From the human T2T-CHM13v2.0 reference genome, Homo sapiens, in assembly GCF_009914755.1 (NCBI RefSeq), contig NC_060933.1: a stretch of DNA of 64,000 nt; one strand, written 5' to 3'. The translations under genes and the position numbers were made by a program. A model generated the notes under the pieces. That model did not search any database and was not told where the DNA came from. It saw nothing but the letters and a program-made list of their open reading frames with translations. Shown in pieces: positions 13,971-28,991 of this stretch. Each line of letters begins with the position of its first letter. Positions within the stretch are counted from its first letter, which is position 1.

Positions 13971-15439
13971 TTCATGCTCACTGTAAAAAAAAAAAAAAAT
14001 CTGAATTGTATAATCCACAGCTCTGCCGAGATAAGCAGTTTGGTGTATGGATATTTCTTCATGCTTTTTCTGAGCATAAACTAACATGCTTTTTTGAACA
14101 AAAATGAGGTCACCCCCTGGATACTGCTGAGCAAATTGTTTTCTGCCCCTCCCTTATTTAGCCATGTATCACTGACATCAAATCACTTTACAGGTTTATT
14201 TTTAACAGCTGCCTCGCAATCCATTACATGGGTTTATCACAACTTATTTCACAAACCTGCTTATTAACAGAGTTAGAGGTTGCCTCTGTTTCTCATTATG
14301 CTTCTGCCACATCTCTCCTTACATATCTGAGTGTTGGAGCAGAATAAACTCCTAGGAGTTAAATCCCAGGGTCACAGGGTTTGCGCAGTTAGTGCTTTAA
14401 CCAACAGTGGCTTTCGCCTTTCAGAAAGTCGTGTCCGTATATACTCCCATCATCCTAAGTGAGGTCTTCTGATGAACTTTGTGGGAGTGAGTGTGGGGGC
14501 TGTCTGTTTTTTTGTTGGTTTGGAGATATTTTCCTTTGGCTGAGAGATTCACAGATGTGAAGATTAGAACCAGGCGAGCGGATGGCCGCAGCGGAGCAGA
14601 CAGCACCTGGAGCTCTGGGTTCAGACACGCATTTGCAGAGAGATCTCAAGGCTACCTGCCTTAGGTCTCTTAAATGGGTTTACTTAAATCTCATGACATC
14701 TTGTATTTATCAAGAACACCTTTGAGAAATGTGAACTTTCTGAGATAGTCTCCAAATGCTTAATTATCTAAAAGAGCCCCATCATGGCTCTTAGGTAACA
14801 AGCAAAAACCATGATGAGCTTTTCTATTTTCATTTTTGGAAAAATCTAGGCAGGTAATTTCATCTCTTCATGGCTGGTGTGCTGAACGCAATTTGAATTA
14901 AAAAAAAAAAACCTTTTATTGAATGAGAGTGTCTGCATCATAAAACAGAGCACCGAGACAATTATTTCCATAAAGCCCTGCACTGCATTAAAGTATTGCT
15001 GCCGTGTTTTCAGACTCTCCCTCCACCGCGAGTGCCCCTCCACGCTCACTCTGTCCCTTCCCGTAACGATGTGGGCACATGCTTACGTAAGCAAGTGATG
15101 CCGCCACAGGTAGACTGCTGGTCATCGGAACAAAGAAGCCATCCCTAACACTGCTGGAAATTTCATCTTATAATTCTCTTAAGAGGAACAATCAAAAGAA
15201 GAAGGAATTATTGAAATAATTTATTTTTAAAAACGGACTCAGGAACATTTTTTATTCTAAATGTCCTGATTAATTTTCCATAGTAATCAAATTTGCAGAG
15301 TAATTGTTCAGGTCTCTATCTTCATTTTAGGTGTGTGACTTTTGTCATGGATTCCTTGCTGGTCTCAGTGGCTTTAGAATTGTAAGCTGGAGGAGGCCTG
15401 AGAAGCATTTTTATTCAAAACTTGATCCTTCTGGGGTGG

Positions 15440-16200
15440 TATATACATATATTTGTATGCATATACATATATATACACGTACATTTGTATGTATATACAT
15501 ATATGTATATGTGTATGTATATACAAATATATACACATATGTGTATGTATATACAAATATATACACATATGTGTATGTATATACAAATATATACACATAT
15601 GTGTATGTATATACAAATATATACACATATGTGTATGTATATACAAATATATACACATATGTGTATGTATATACAAATATATACACATATGTGTATGTAT
15701 ATACAAATATATACATATATGTGTATGTATATACAAATATATACATATATGTGTATGTATATACAAATATATACATATATGTGTATGTATATACAAATAT
15801 ATACATATATGTGTATGTATATACAAATATATACATATATGTGTATGTATATACAAATATATACATATATGTGTATGTATATACAAATATATACATATAT
15901 GTGTATGTATATACAAATATATACATATATGTGTATGTATATACAAATATATACATATATGTGTATGTATATACAAATATATACATATATGTGTATGTAT
16001 ATACAAATATATACATATATGTGTATGTATATACAAATATATACATATATGTGTATGTATATACAAATATATACATATGTGTATGTATATACAAATATAT
16101 ACATATATGTGTATGTATATACAAATATATACATATATGTGTATGTATATACAAATATACATACAAATGTACAAAAATGTACATATATTTGTAGGTATAT
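15440..16200. repeat. TA-rich tandem array, 30-bp unit, about 22 copies, with degenerate flanks
   Basis: Unit gtgtatgtatatacaaatatataca(c/t)atat in register from 15511. One 28-bp unit at 16051. Confidence 0.98.
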
Positions 16201-17028
16201 TTGTGTGTGTCCATATATTTGTTTGTATTCCCTCTCTATATTCATATGGTATGCCTGTATAATTTGGGGGGGTTGTATGCATATGCATATATTTGGGGGT
16301 GCAGGTCTCGTTTCCTTAGTAAATACAGTAGAGGCTACTTAGGTTTGTGGAGCATGGTGTGCGTAGGGGCAGTGCTTTTAACTCCCTTCAACCTGGCAGT
16401 GTGTCTCTGCTACAGTTTCTTCCTGATTCCCATCCCTTTATCCTCCTGAACACAAGCTGGCATCCAAGACCGCCTGGGACCACCCCGGGAAAGACCTGGA
16501 GAGCTGATTTCAATATTTTCTCTCTTCCTGGTAAAATATTTATTGAAACTGTGCGGAGTGAGAAGTCTTCCTCTGGTTCAGAAATTGTCTGCCTGTAAAC
16601 ACACTGACCTGGGTTGGGGGCACCAAACGAGACTGGAGAAAATAAATAAACAGCACATTCCTATTACGCAGGAGCCAAGGCTTCAGGGGAGATGGCAGGG
16701 GTGAGATGGGAGCCACCCCTGGTGTACAGCACAGACAAACCCCCCGCTCCAAAGGATATAAAAAACGATGACTGAAAAATGTTCTGTCTCTTTGGGCTGT
16801 GGACATGTTTTTAGTGGTTAATGTTTTTATGGCAATATTCCTCGGGAGGAAGAAAATTCCTGCAAAGATGGACTAACAGAAAATGGTTAAGAACAAAGAG
16901 CCAGAAAGAGAAGTGATACTGACCCTTCCCCCCCAACACCACCCCCCATAAAATGAGAGCTGGGGAGGAGGGGCAGGAGGCAGGGAAAGGCTCTCGAAGC
17001 TGGGCAGCCCAGCACCTGGGGCACTCAC

Positions 17029-17160
17029 CATTGACAAGCCTGTATTTCTGGGCCAGGAGGGCGGCCTGCAGACTTTTCCCACTGCCCACAGGCCCGAGCA
17101 GCAGCACCCTCGGGGTGAACGGGGCATTAGTACGATGGTTGCTTTGGACATAGGTCAGAG
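17029..17160 (-). CDS. AK8: AK8 coding exon (exon 9), 132 nt, second P-loop
   Basis: tccAG|CT CTG ACC...GTC AAT G|GTgagt. Encodes (A)[43 protein letters not shown], the Walker A motif of the second AK domain. Phase 1-1. Confidence 0.97.
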
Positions 17161-18296
17161 CTGGAAAGAGAGGATATGAGGATAATAAACCCAGGTCCTA
17201 GAGAACAGGAAACCCGCTTGCAGCCCCTCTGCTTTGACTCTTTTAACGGCAGTAACTCTTTTTCTCTTTCACAGCACCATGGAAGCCCTCTGTGCATCTG
17301 GCGAAGAGGCAGGGAAAAGAATTACGTGGCAGGCCTGGGCACCAAGGCAGGGAGCGAGGAGTGAAGTCCACAGAAGCCACCCTGGAGCGCCGCCCTGGAT
17401 TCCTCTCAACACAGGCGTCTAAACACGTGCAGGTGTCTGCATTTCCTTCCAGGCTGAACTAGGGCTGGCTGTGTTGCAGTTGGGAGACTGGTCCCAGGAC
17501 ATGATAGCACTCTCTATAGGGCTGGTGGCTTTTCCTACTGAATCGGGCTGAGCCTCCCAACCGGAAGCCCCGGAACTAGGCTGGTCTCCTAGAAGTGCAC
17601 GCTGGCTTTCTGCTAGGTGCACCTGAATGTCAGACACAGGCTTTGATAAACGCATCCAGCCACATGGGGGCCCAGTGCCCAGGGACTTCTAAAGGACTCG
17701 AATTGGAGAGTAGTTTGTGCAGCTGCACTCTGGTGACACCAACTTTGTTGCGACTCTCCAAAGAGGTAGTGATCAAAGAGGTCACAGGAGTGGCCAGATG
17801 TAGCTGCATGGCCCTGGCCTGTGGTGTGCCCCTGGCATTTGGTGAACAAAGAAGTGAGGAGATGGGGTGAGTGTCTCCAACAATGAGGCCACCTGCACCA
17901 TGGGGGGCACCGGATGCCAAGAAGCCACAGGGCAAAGCTACTGAACATCAAACCAGGTCACCTCCCGCTGGAGCTCAGAAACAGGGAGCTGTGAGAAAAG
18001 GCTAATGAGGCTGTAAAGGCAGCATTTCGGGCACCTGAGGCAGGAGAGATGCCCACAGATGAGGCACGGACCTGTGCCAGCCCCCACCCCAGCGTTCAAA
18101 ACAGGGCATCCTTCCCCAGGGAGACCTTCCCCCTCCTGCCAAGGCCCCAGACTGTCCTGTGCAAACTCAGCCAGGGGTGGCCCCGTTACACCTTCCTGCC
18201 AGTCTGCCTTTACCAATGTGCCTTGCGGTGGGTGCCGTGCTGGGTGAGGGGCCAGGCCATCGTGCCTCCTTCAGGAACATGCCACCCAGGAACCAG

Positions 18297-18519
18297 GCAG
18301 GTTCCTCATCCTCAGCACTACTGACATCTGGGGCCAGAAGATTCTTTGTTGCGGGGCTATTCTGGGCACTGTAGGATGTTGAGAAGCATCCCTGGCCTCT
18401 ACCCACTAGGTGCCTGCAGCACAACCGCAAGGTATGACAACCAAAAAACCTTTACAGACATTGCCAAATATCCCCGGGGTTGCGGTGGGGGCAAAACTGC
18501 CCCCGATTGTGAACCGCTG
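18297..18519 (-). mobile_element. MER20 (hAT-Charlie)
   Basis: Contains agcatccctggcctctacccactag and gacattgccaaatatcccc...ggcaaaactgcccccg, the reverse of the recalled MER20 consensus. Confidence 0.85.
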
Positions 18520-19889
18520 GGATATGTTCATTGTGAAAATCCTGAACTCTCAAATCTTTGCTGGACTTTTAAATTGGAAGGGTCATTAGAGATGCACAGT
18601 CCCCTCTTTTTAGAAGGCAGAGATGAGTTAGAATGGACTTTTTTCCAGGTTGTGATCAGCATCATCAATGGCATGTACTAATTGCTACGACAAATACTCT
18701 ATAGGCACCATCTCTTTTCTTTGGCCCAACAATCCCATGAGGGTTGCGTTATTCATGTCCCATTTTACAGATGAGCCAATTAGGCTGAGACTTGGCAGAG
18801 CTGGGGCAACTCTCCCAAACCACCTGCCATGGGTACCATTCCTCCACTGAGAGAAGCCCAAAGGAAGCTACTCAGGCGAGGCTCTCTTTATTCTCAGACC
18901 TTCCATAATCCCGTGCATCTGAAAAGCACAAATACTACAGGCAAAGCAGCCTGCTTACAAATGATGCTTAATTTACAGTAAATAACTAAGTTAATTAGAA
19001 GTAATGATCCCCCAGACAGTCTCAACATCTAATTATTCTTTTTAAAAATGTGTGGTTGCTGGATGCACTGCAGAGAGATTAGAAAAACAACACAGAGAGA
19101 ATTCTGCATTCCAATTTTCAATTTATCTCTCTGCATTATTAATTAATAATAATTAATATTCAGACACTCACATTTTTATTTACAATTCCAGGCATGAATT
19201 CTTTATGAACGATCATATGAACTTTTAAATTTAATTAAGTAATTTGGAAGTAATTAATGTGTAAATTCAGAATCATGGCATAAGATAAATGTTGTGGTTG
19301 TTTATCTTAAGAGTGCAGTGTTTGTTACTAATGACCCTTCCGAGATGCAAAATCACTGGAAAATTATAAGCCATCATAAGCCTGGCATTTCTTCTTTAAG
19401 TAGCGACATTTTCTACTAACCCACCCGCTGGCTGATTGCTCCCTTCAGAGGGCGAGGCTGTTCAATCCACGCCGGCAAACACCGCATCTCCGAGCTCAGT
19501 GTAGCAATGAGGTTTAAGCACCGAGTCTACCAGCAGGAGAAGGTGCTGGGAAAGTCAGCAGGGAAGGGCTTGAGGGAGCTCAAAACCACTTCCCCGGCAA
19601 AACAGGACTTTTCTTGGAGAGTTTTGAGAGAATATATGAAAAAAAGGACTTTGTAAACTGTCAAGTGTCTTAAATATCTGTGATGTTCCCATCGTAAACG
19701 CTTCATTTACCCAACACTGTGTGGAAGGGTAATTTTGAGACGACTGGATTTTGAGATACTGCATTTTGAGATGACTGAAGCTCAGCAAGACTTTTGAAAA
19801 GGATAATACAGCTGTTTGGGGATAGAATTATTCTACCTTGCCCTTGCCTTTTTGGGCAGGGTGTTGAACAATGATAGGAGCTATGACGA

Positions 19890-20110
19890 CTGATGTTTAT
19901 TGAGGCTTTTCTCTGTGCCAGAACTGGGCTTGTGGCTGTGGACACGTGATTTGGAGAATCCCATTTAATCCTCACCTACGCCTGGGAGGAGGGCACAAGT
20001 TTTGTTCCTATTTTAGCGATGCCAAAACTAGGGCTCCGAGGAGTTAGGAGAAGTGCCAGAGGCTGCACAGCTGGGCTGCGTCGGGGCTGAGATTTGAACA
20101 GGTTGCTCAG
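19890..20110 (-). mobile_element. MIR (one of several; others near 10170-10360, 21060-21310, 29370-29520, 30640-30780, 38600-38680, 49520-49850)
   Basis: tttattgag...tgtgcca...tttaatcctcac...attttag...aaaactagggct core pattern. Confidence 0.7.
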
Positions 20111-20677
20111 CTCAGCCATCCCCGCACCTCGCACAGGCTGCCCGCAGTGGCTCCCGAGCTGCTGTGAACATTGGCCATTGCTGTGGACAGCAACGCAGTG
20201 CCAGGCGCGGGGCCATGTATCTCCATCCTAAATGAAGCATACCACCTGTGCTGTGTGTGTGTGTTTTATTGTGTTGTGTGTGGTGGTGGTGGTTTTGTTT
20301 TTGTCTTAATCTTTATATATTTTTTCTTTCCTCTCCCTCAAGGTCAGGCTCAAACTTCTTGCTACCATGTCCCTCCCACCCCATCCCTTGCCTCTCCTCC
20401 TCCCGACCCCACGACCACCAAATCTGCTGTGGGCCAGAGATGTGACCACATCTGAGTGTGGGACATTAGCCCAGGGTCTCCAAGTGGGGTACCCCCAGGG
20501 GCTCTGCACACATGCATTTCTGGGCAGGGAACCCGGGTCATCTATGTCTTGACTTCCAGGGTCCCAGGCATGTCCCAGACACTGGCCACTACCAGAATAA
20601 GGGACAAAGTGGTAGAAGGCACAGCGAGCCCCGCCCTTGGCCGTCTGTCCAGGGTGGGGCTGCCTGCTTGTGTTTAC

Positions 20678-20878
20678 CCTGGTAGAAGACGTCCACACAT
20701 GGCTGGTCAGCACTGATGACTTTGAGGATTTTGGGGTAGGAGGGAATGACCCTGACGATGTTCCTATGATACTCCAGCAGTTTCTGAGCCGTCTCCAGCT
20801 CTGAGATGTCCTCTGGCACCATGAGACGGTTCTGGATTTCAGATTCGGGTGGCCAGTCAAAGGTGGTGTGATAAATCT
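20678..20878 (-). CDS. AK8: AK8 coding exon (exon 8), 201 nt
   Basis: tgtAG|AG ATT TAT CAC...TAC CAG G|GTaaac. Encodes (E)[66 protein letters not shown]. Phase 1-1. Confidence 0.97.
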
Positions 20879-21836
20879 CTACAAGGAGAGAGGTGCACAG
20901 TTAGAAATGGCCATGCAGGGGCCCTGTGGGCGCTGCTGTGCCTGGCTGGGGTGCTTGCTGTCCTGGAGGCCAGGCCCTACACATTCCTGGGGTGTGGCTG
21001 ACCACGGCAGGACACCGTTGCTCAACACCAGCACTTCCAGCTACTCTGAGCCTGCTCTTAACTATTATTCTTGTTACAATACAAGAACAGGACCCAGGGC
21101 AAGGGCTGCCGTGAACTTCTGAGCACTTACTCTGTGCCAGCCACTCTGATAGGCACCTGCAGACTCCCATTTCATCTTCACAGCCATCCCATCACCCATT
21201 AGGTTGGTATTTTCATCCTCAAGTACAGATAAGAAAACTGAGTCTCAGGTATCCCATGTCTACAGCCAGAAAGGGACAGAGTTAGGGATCCACAAACCCA
21301 GCTCTATCTGCCACCACAGCGTGAGGCCCGGAAGATCAAGGGCAGTCCCGTCTCCCCCCACCCTCCCGCCAGCCCCTTGCTGAACTGCCTGGTCTTCAAG
21401 GCCCAGTTCAAGGGCCCCGTCCCCTGCAACACCTGCCAATTCTCCCAGGTAATGCTCATGCCTCTCTCTCCTGTATAAATACCAAAGAATAAGGGGTGTC
21501 AAGGGGGCACATAATTTGTCCCAGGGAGAGGCAGACATGTCCCCTGGCTCCTGTGTGGGCCCCAAGCCCAGGTGCCTGGCATGACCCCCCACACTCTATT
21601 CTGGTTCTGCCACAAGAAAGTCTCCTCCTTTAGCCTAAACAGGCCTCCATTTCCTCATCTACCAGAATGTACCCTTGCCAGTGTCTTCCAGCTCAGAGCC
21701 CAGCCTGTGGCAGCCTTCCTCGTGTCCCTCTGTGGGTGCCCAGAGCAGAATGCGAGGTCAGGAAATGGTAGACGGGCTGTCATCACCATGGACTCTGAAA
21801 CCCCATGGGGCTGGGTGGGGGTGGCCGTAGCCATAC

Positions 21837-21908
21837 CTCCAGTTTGAGGGTCGATTCTCTTCCCCAAGTTTCTCTCGATCAGGACCGTGTCTGGAGCACT
21901 CAGCACAA
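21837..21908 (-). CDS. AK8: AK8 coding exon (exon 7), 72 nt
   Basis: cccAG|TT GTG CTG...GGA G|GTatgg. Encodes (I)[23 protein letters not shown], the start of the LID domain. Phase 1-1. Confidence 0.97.
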
Positions 21909-22468
21909 CTGGGCAGAGAAGAAAAGGAGCAAAACCAGGCATGTCGGGCAGCGGGTGCCACACATTTGAATATCACAGACCAATACTTGCTTTACGTTTT
22001 TTGCTTTTCTGTATAATGACATTAAAACAACAATCATCTCCCATCCCCGTGAATTCCTAAGAGAAAGGTCTTCTCGCACCCAAACACAAAGAGTGTAACG
22101 TTGGGACAGAGCACGGCCCATGACGGAAAGTTCTGCCTGTTAACAATTTCCCTCGTCACAGATAACGCCACAATGGGCATCTCTGTGCGCACTAAATGCT
22201 TGCACAGCATTCTATGCTATGCATAGAATATGCATTTCCTTCCTGAGACAAGGAATCGCCAGGCTGAAAACGAAACCCCACTTTTCTTAAGAACCAGCCC
22301 TGAATATATTTAGCTCTGTGAAAAATTCAGTTGTGCTGTCCTCTTCCTTGCTGGGTCTCAGACGGTGCCTGGGCTGAGGTCAGGAGCAGGCAGCATGAGC
22401 GGGGCGCTCACTGGCCACCCCTTGGGGCTGCAGCTCTGGCAGGTGGGGGACCCTTGGGAGCTACTCAC

Positions 22469-22550
22469 TGACGTGTCTGGGTGTGATCCCCAGGGTCTGG
22501 ATCCTCAGAGCCTGCTCACGCGTCTCAGGGATGCCATCCAGAATCCAGCC
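22469..22550 (-). CDS. AK8: AK8 coding exon (exon 6), 82 nt
   Basis: tctAG|GGC TGG ATT CTG GAT GGC ATC CCT...GTC A|GTgagt. Encodes GWILDGIPETREQALRIQTLGITPRHV, the adenylate kinase G-x-x-L-D-G-x-P signature. Phase 0 to 1. Confidence 0.97.
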
Positions 22551-22711
22551 CTAGACAGAAGATTCAGAGAGGTGCTCATCTGTTTTGAGTTTTAGATTTT
22601 TTGGAATTATTTTAAAAGGAATATAATAGCTTTATAGAAAGACTAGAACTTTTAAGACAAAAAAAATGTTTCTGATAGCTACCTCACCCTTCTTTAAAAA
22701 CTACTTTGTAA

Positions 22712-23088
<377 letters not shown>

Positions 23089-23099
23089 TGATTTTTTTC

Positions 23100-25210
23100 T
23101 ACCACACAATAGCGACCACAAGCATCTCTTCATATCTGCACAGCTCCTCATTGTCCACATTATCAACGGCTGTGCAATGTCCCACCAAGAGAATGTACAC
23201 AGCCACTTAACTATGTCCACAAATGAACATTTCAACTGCGGGCAGTGTTCACTATCATAGATAATACCTCGATGAACATCTTTGTGCATCTAGCGCTTTC
23301 CACATTTTGGATAATTTCCTAAAGACAGTTTCTGAGAGATTCCTGAGACCAGGGTGAAAACAAAACCCCACTTTTGTTTTCATTTTCTGCCCCATATATC
23401 TGCAGGAACACCCCATTTTTCTTAAAAAAAAAAACCCTGGACGATGATTCCGGTTTCTACTTTGCGGCTAACTTGATACAGGATTGAAATTCCTCACCCA
23501 TCAGCCCCCTCTTGGTACAGCTAGGGAACTGGTTTAGAGGTTTATTTTTACTATTTATTTATAGAGATAGAGTCTTGCTACGTTGCCTAGGCTGGTCTTG
23601 AACTCCTGGGCTCGAGCAATCCTCCTGCCTCAGCCTCCCTAGTGCTGGGATTACTGGCGTGAGCCACTGTGCCTGGCCTTTACTAACTCTTTAAATCCAA
23701 TTGTGAAAGTAATATACAATCATTGTACACTGTGTGGAAAATATTGAAAAGCTGAAATAATAATAAGAGTCACTGGTAACACCTCAGACCCAAACAAGCC
23801 ACTGTCAACATTCTGGTATATCTCCTTCCAAGCAGCAAGTGCAGATACCTTTTTTCCCGGTGGCTGGGGGTTGTGGGGAGGGGAACCACACTGTACACAC
23901 TGTTTGGTAATCTGTTCTTTTCTAGCAAAAACATTTCATGAACGTTTTCCCATGTCACAAAGTGCTCCTTGCATAGAAGTTTTCACAGCTGCCTGGTATT
24001 GTATGAATTGACCTGATGTTAACTGATCCCATATTGTTGCTCATATTGCTCAGTTTGACTCCAGTTTTCCACCATTATAAACAATGTTGTATATGCATCT
24101 CGATGCCTATCAAACATCCTCAGATAAATTTCTAAAAGTTGATACCTTCTTTTACGACTTTTGATACATTTTGCCACATCGCTCTACAAAATGGCCCACT
24201 AGTTTATGAATCCAATGGCAAAGCATGTTTCCTTGCATCTCTGCCAATGTTGGGCATTATCTAGGGGAAAAAAATCTGTCCAGCAAAATACAGTATACCA
24301 CTGCTGCTTTAATTTACATTTCTTTGATCATTAATGAGGTTCAGTATTTTTTCCATATGTTTGTTAGCTATTTGGATTTTTTTTTCTTTTCCAAAATGTC
24401 CATTTGTGTCATCTATCTACTTTCCCCTTGGGGTCGCATCCTTTTATTTATTGACAACAGCTCTTTACATATTAAGAACGTGAACCCATTTTGGCAAACA
24501 CTACCACAAACCCTTTGAGGCAAACTATGTTGCCAATATTTTCAGCAGTTTGTCTTGCAGCCTTTTCATTTTGTGTGTGGTGTTGCTTTTAACACACCAG
24601 TTTGTGGCCAAATGAATCGCTGCTTTCGTCTTTGGATTCTGGCATTGTGTGGATGCATAAAACACCCTCCCCCCTGAAAAAGCTGATACATATTCACTTG
24701 CCTTTAAATTGTGTTCTTGTGTTTTTACTCTTTACATGTAAATAGTAATGATTTGTGTAATAGGGCTGCATTCCAGTGTGCGAATGATATAGGGCTGTGA
24801 TCTACTCTGTTTCCTTATGGCTCACCACCTGTTCCAAACTCACCCACAATACAGTCTATCTTTTCCCCTCTGAGGACACTTATCACAGTCTAAATGCTGA
24901 TACGACATTGGCTCTGGCCTCTTTCTGCCTGTAGATTGTTAAATTCTTTTTATTTAACTGTTTAAATTGTTGTTTTATAAGTTATCGTAATGTCTAGTAA
25001 AATACGCTCTCCCTTCTTTTTTTTTTCAAAGCAAGATCTTTCAGGTAAACATTAAAAATATTTTGTCAAGTTCCCAAATAGAAATTCCACTGGGATTCTG
25101 GAACAACATTAAATGTGTAGATCAATTCACGACAAATTGACATTTTTACACTATCAAGTCAATGCATTATCGTCTCATGTGCTTAAGTTGTTTTTTATGT
25201 CCCTCAGCAA
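23100..25210 (-). mobile_element. Old L1 3' fragments (L1ME-like), with an Alu monomer at ~23540-23680
   Basis: T-rich with remnants such as ttaatttacatttctttgatcattaatgaggtt and attgacatttttacactatcaagt. Boundaries approximate. Confidence 0.65.
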
Positions 25211-25595
25211 TGTTCACAATAAACAATTTCTAAAGTCCTTTCAAGTCCCGTGAGTCTAGAGTTACACACACACACACAATGTAATGCTTTAGACTTGATG
25301 TCCAGGTACATTAGTAAAGGGAGCTTTGGAAGAGACTGAAAGAAAGCAGCGAGTTGCTTCAAGTCTCCATTGTGTAGGAAGCGGGGTCAGGCAACTGGGA
25401 GTCAACGCTGGGAGCCCCCGCTTGCTGTAGAGCCCTCCCTCTCAGCCACTGGGAGACTCAGTTGCTCTAAGGTCAGATGACGGACTGACATGGACGGACT
25501 CAGCCTCCAGGTCACTCACGTCCATATCACCTGATCGACAGACACAGTGTGGGCGACTGTAAGAGATGTCTTTCTTTAAAAACAAACCAAAAGGT

Positions 25596-25913
<318 letters not shown>

Positions 25914-28638
25914 GGCCAGCATTTCTTCCATATTAAAATATTTAGGTTCCCGTAGCCTCCACTGACATTTAAAAAAAAAAAAAAAAAAAACCTAAACAAA
26001 TTTACAGCCTAAAGACTGTTGGAAAAATCCAGCAAGCTTTCATTAATTTCTTGAATTATACAGGAAGACTCACAGCCACGGAACCCCTGGTTTCTAGAAC
26101 TAATGAAGCAAAAGTGCAAAAACAATTTTTAACAGTCTTTTGCTCCCTCAAGTCCTTGTTATAGCCAGCCAAGCGCCGGGCTGCAGCTCTTAGAAAGAGC
26201 AAACATCTACAGACGTGAGCAACACCAGCAGAACCAGGAGACGCAGCGTCTGACAGCTCCCTCACAGTTCTGGAAGCCGAACCAACATTTTCTGAACTTT
26301 AGCTAAATTCATACCCCCTTATTTTTCCTTCATTTGGACGGGGAGGGATTGTGAGCCCATTGATTGCTGCTTCTAGTACAAGGGCTGGCAATTCTGTTTT
26401 AGTCCCTTTTTGAAGCTGGAAGGTTGGAACTCCATCTTTGCTCAGCACTGAGAAAGGCCTCTGCTTTTAATATTGCATTACTGAGCAATCATTATAATCT
26501 CACCCATAAATTTGCAGCAGATATCAGTATGTGGTCCAAGGCTTTTAGAACTATTCAGGGGAACAGCTCTCACTGACTTTTCACCAGAGAAAGCGGGACT
26601 TCCAATTACACAGGAAAAGTGCAGCAAAATGAGGAACATCTCCCTAATTAGCCTGGCCTCACTGGAGTGTCATTCTGGTGCAGATGTGAAAATCTAAAAG
26701 GAAGAAGGTGGGGGGCTCTGGAGTGAGCCCTAGGCCACCAGCTCTCCAGGTCTGCTCTGAGCTGGGGAAATGGTACGATCACCTGGGGACTAAGAAACAA
26801 GGTCCCCGAGGAAGCCCTCGAGCAGCACCCAGGCCCCATTAGAGCCACCCCCCACTGTATGGAGAAGGCAGCCATGGAGGCTCTTCCTCCCTGCGCCAGC
26901 CCACGCTGGTCCACACTGGTCCACCTGGAAGGGAGGGCGCCTTGACCAAACCTCTGTTGAAGGCGGGTCTGTCCTACGGCATTCTCAAGATGAAAGCTGC
27001 AGGCTTGGGGCTCAGAAAAGATCTTCTTTCCCAGAGCTCTTGCATTTAAAGGGGTTATTTGCCCAGCTGCAAAATGGGCTGCACGTTCACAGGGAAGCAG
27101 CAATTTTGGCTGGGAGGACTTTAATGGCTACAAATTCTGGCAAAGCAAGAAGTCATAAATCAGTAAATAGCACCCGACAACTGCCATGATGGGACATTAA
27201 GACATTCCCAACAAGCCTGTGTTGCGAGGTTCGCGGGTCTCACGTCCAGGAGTGGCTGGATGTGGAGGTATCAGTCAATCCCTAATTAGAATACATTATC
27301 CATCTTCCTGACACTTCAGTGAAATGTCTATTCCACTCTGAGCTGCAGCTTTGTTCAGAGCAGGTTAATTGATATTCTGATGCCTTCGCTCACCGTACCC
27401 CCGTGGCTCGGTTCTGTTTTATCACACATCAAAAAGGCCGTATGCTCAGGGCACTCCAGGCACCAGTGCAGAGCTGGAGGTCTGCACAGCTGCGAGGGGT
27501 ATGGTATCACAGGAGGGACAAGCACTGAGCAGATGTCACAGATGAAAAAAAAGCAAAGAAAAGACGCCAGTCAGCCTGGGGAACTTGGCGAGGCCCAGCA
27601 GAGCACGGCCTGATGCGGCACGAGCCGTCCGGCTTTGTGCGAACACTGGCCTCTTTTGCCCTCCTGACTATTATTAAAGCGCAATTAGCAACTTCACATG
27701 GGAAGGCTCTGTTGCCCTCTGGGCCTCTGCCTTTTTGATGCGTTGCCTTTCCGCTCCTCCCCTCTCCTCCCAGGACCAGAGCGTGGGGCTCCCTGGGTGT
27801 TTTCCCCAGTCCTGCCTCTGATCTGTCTCGCAGCTCCGACTGCAGACTCCACCGGAGGCATTCCCTGGAGCTGCATGCTCAATCTCTGCAGTCCCAACGA
27901 GGCAAGCTGAGGCTGAAGACTTGGACTCGATAAATCAGTTTCGCTCAGTTCCAAGTCTGAACCAGGGCAAGCCTCACAAGAGGCACTGCAGGCTGAACGC
28001 GGCCTAATGTGGTTTCCCAACATAGAGGAGAGAGATTCTGTCAGCCAGGAAGGAAATGCATCTTAAAAGATCCAGTTTGGGACAGTGATATGTTCTAAAG
28101 CCAATCGGTGAGAACAATGAGACTACCTTGATGAACATAAAAAAATCTGACATCACACTGTCCCAGGAGCAGTTACTTTGGTTTATACAAAAACATAAAA
28201 ACCTTAGCCTGCCACAGAACCCTAGGATGCCGTCCATATTCAACTCACCTGAAAGATGACTAGCAAGAATTTTTATCTCAAAGTTGAATCCCAAACAATA
28301 TGCAACCCCTGTTAGCACTGAACGTGGAATGCACTGAACACGGAACGTTAGTATTCCACATTCCACATGTATGACTGTAGCAGGAACCCGTTACCCCTTA
28401 ACTTGCTCTGATTCCTCCACCTGATCAAGGTGAGGTGTGCCCAGGGCTTTGCCTGACCTTTTTCTGGGCAGCCTAACAGTGATTATGCTCTTACAACGCC
28501 GAAATATGCAGGAGTGATTTTTCTAAACAGAGTTGAATTCCACCCTTGATAATCAATGATACATGCGTGGTATTTTTATACAAACGTGCAGATGCGGGGA
28601 TATCATTACTCCTAGATGTGCAGCCTACAGGCCAATGA

Positions 28639-28991
<353 letters not shown>

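Noticed and set aside
15331-16342. Six overlapping 267-306-aa ORFs rich in Y/I/V/C/M
   Set aside because: They follow from a stop-free TA-rich tandem repeat and show no coding hallmarks.
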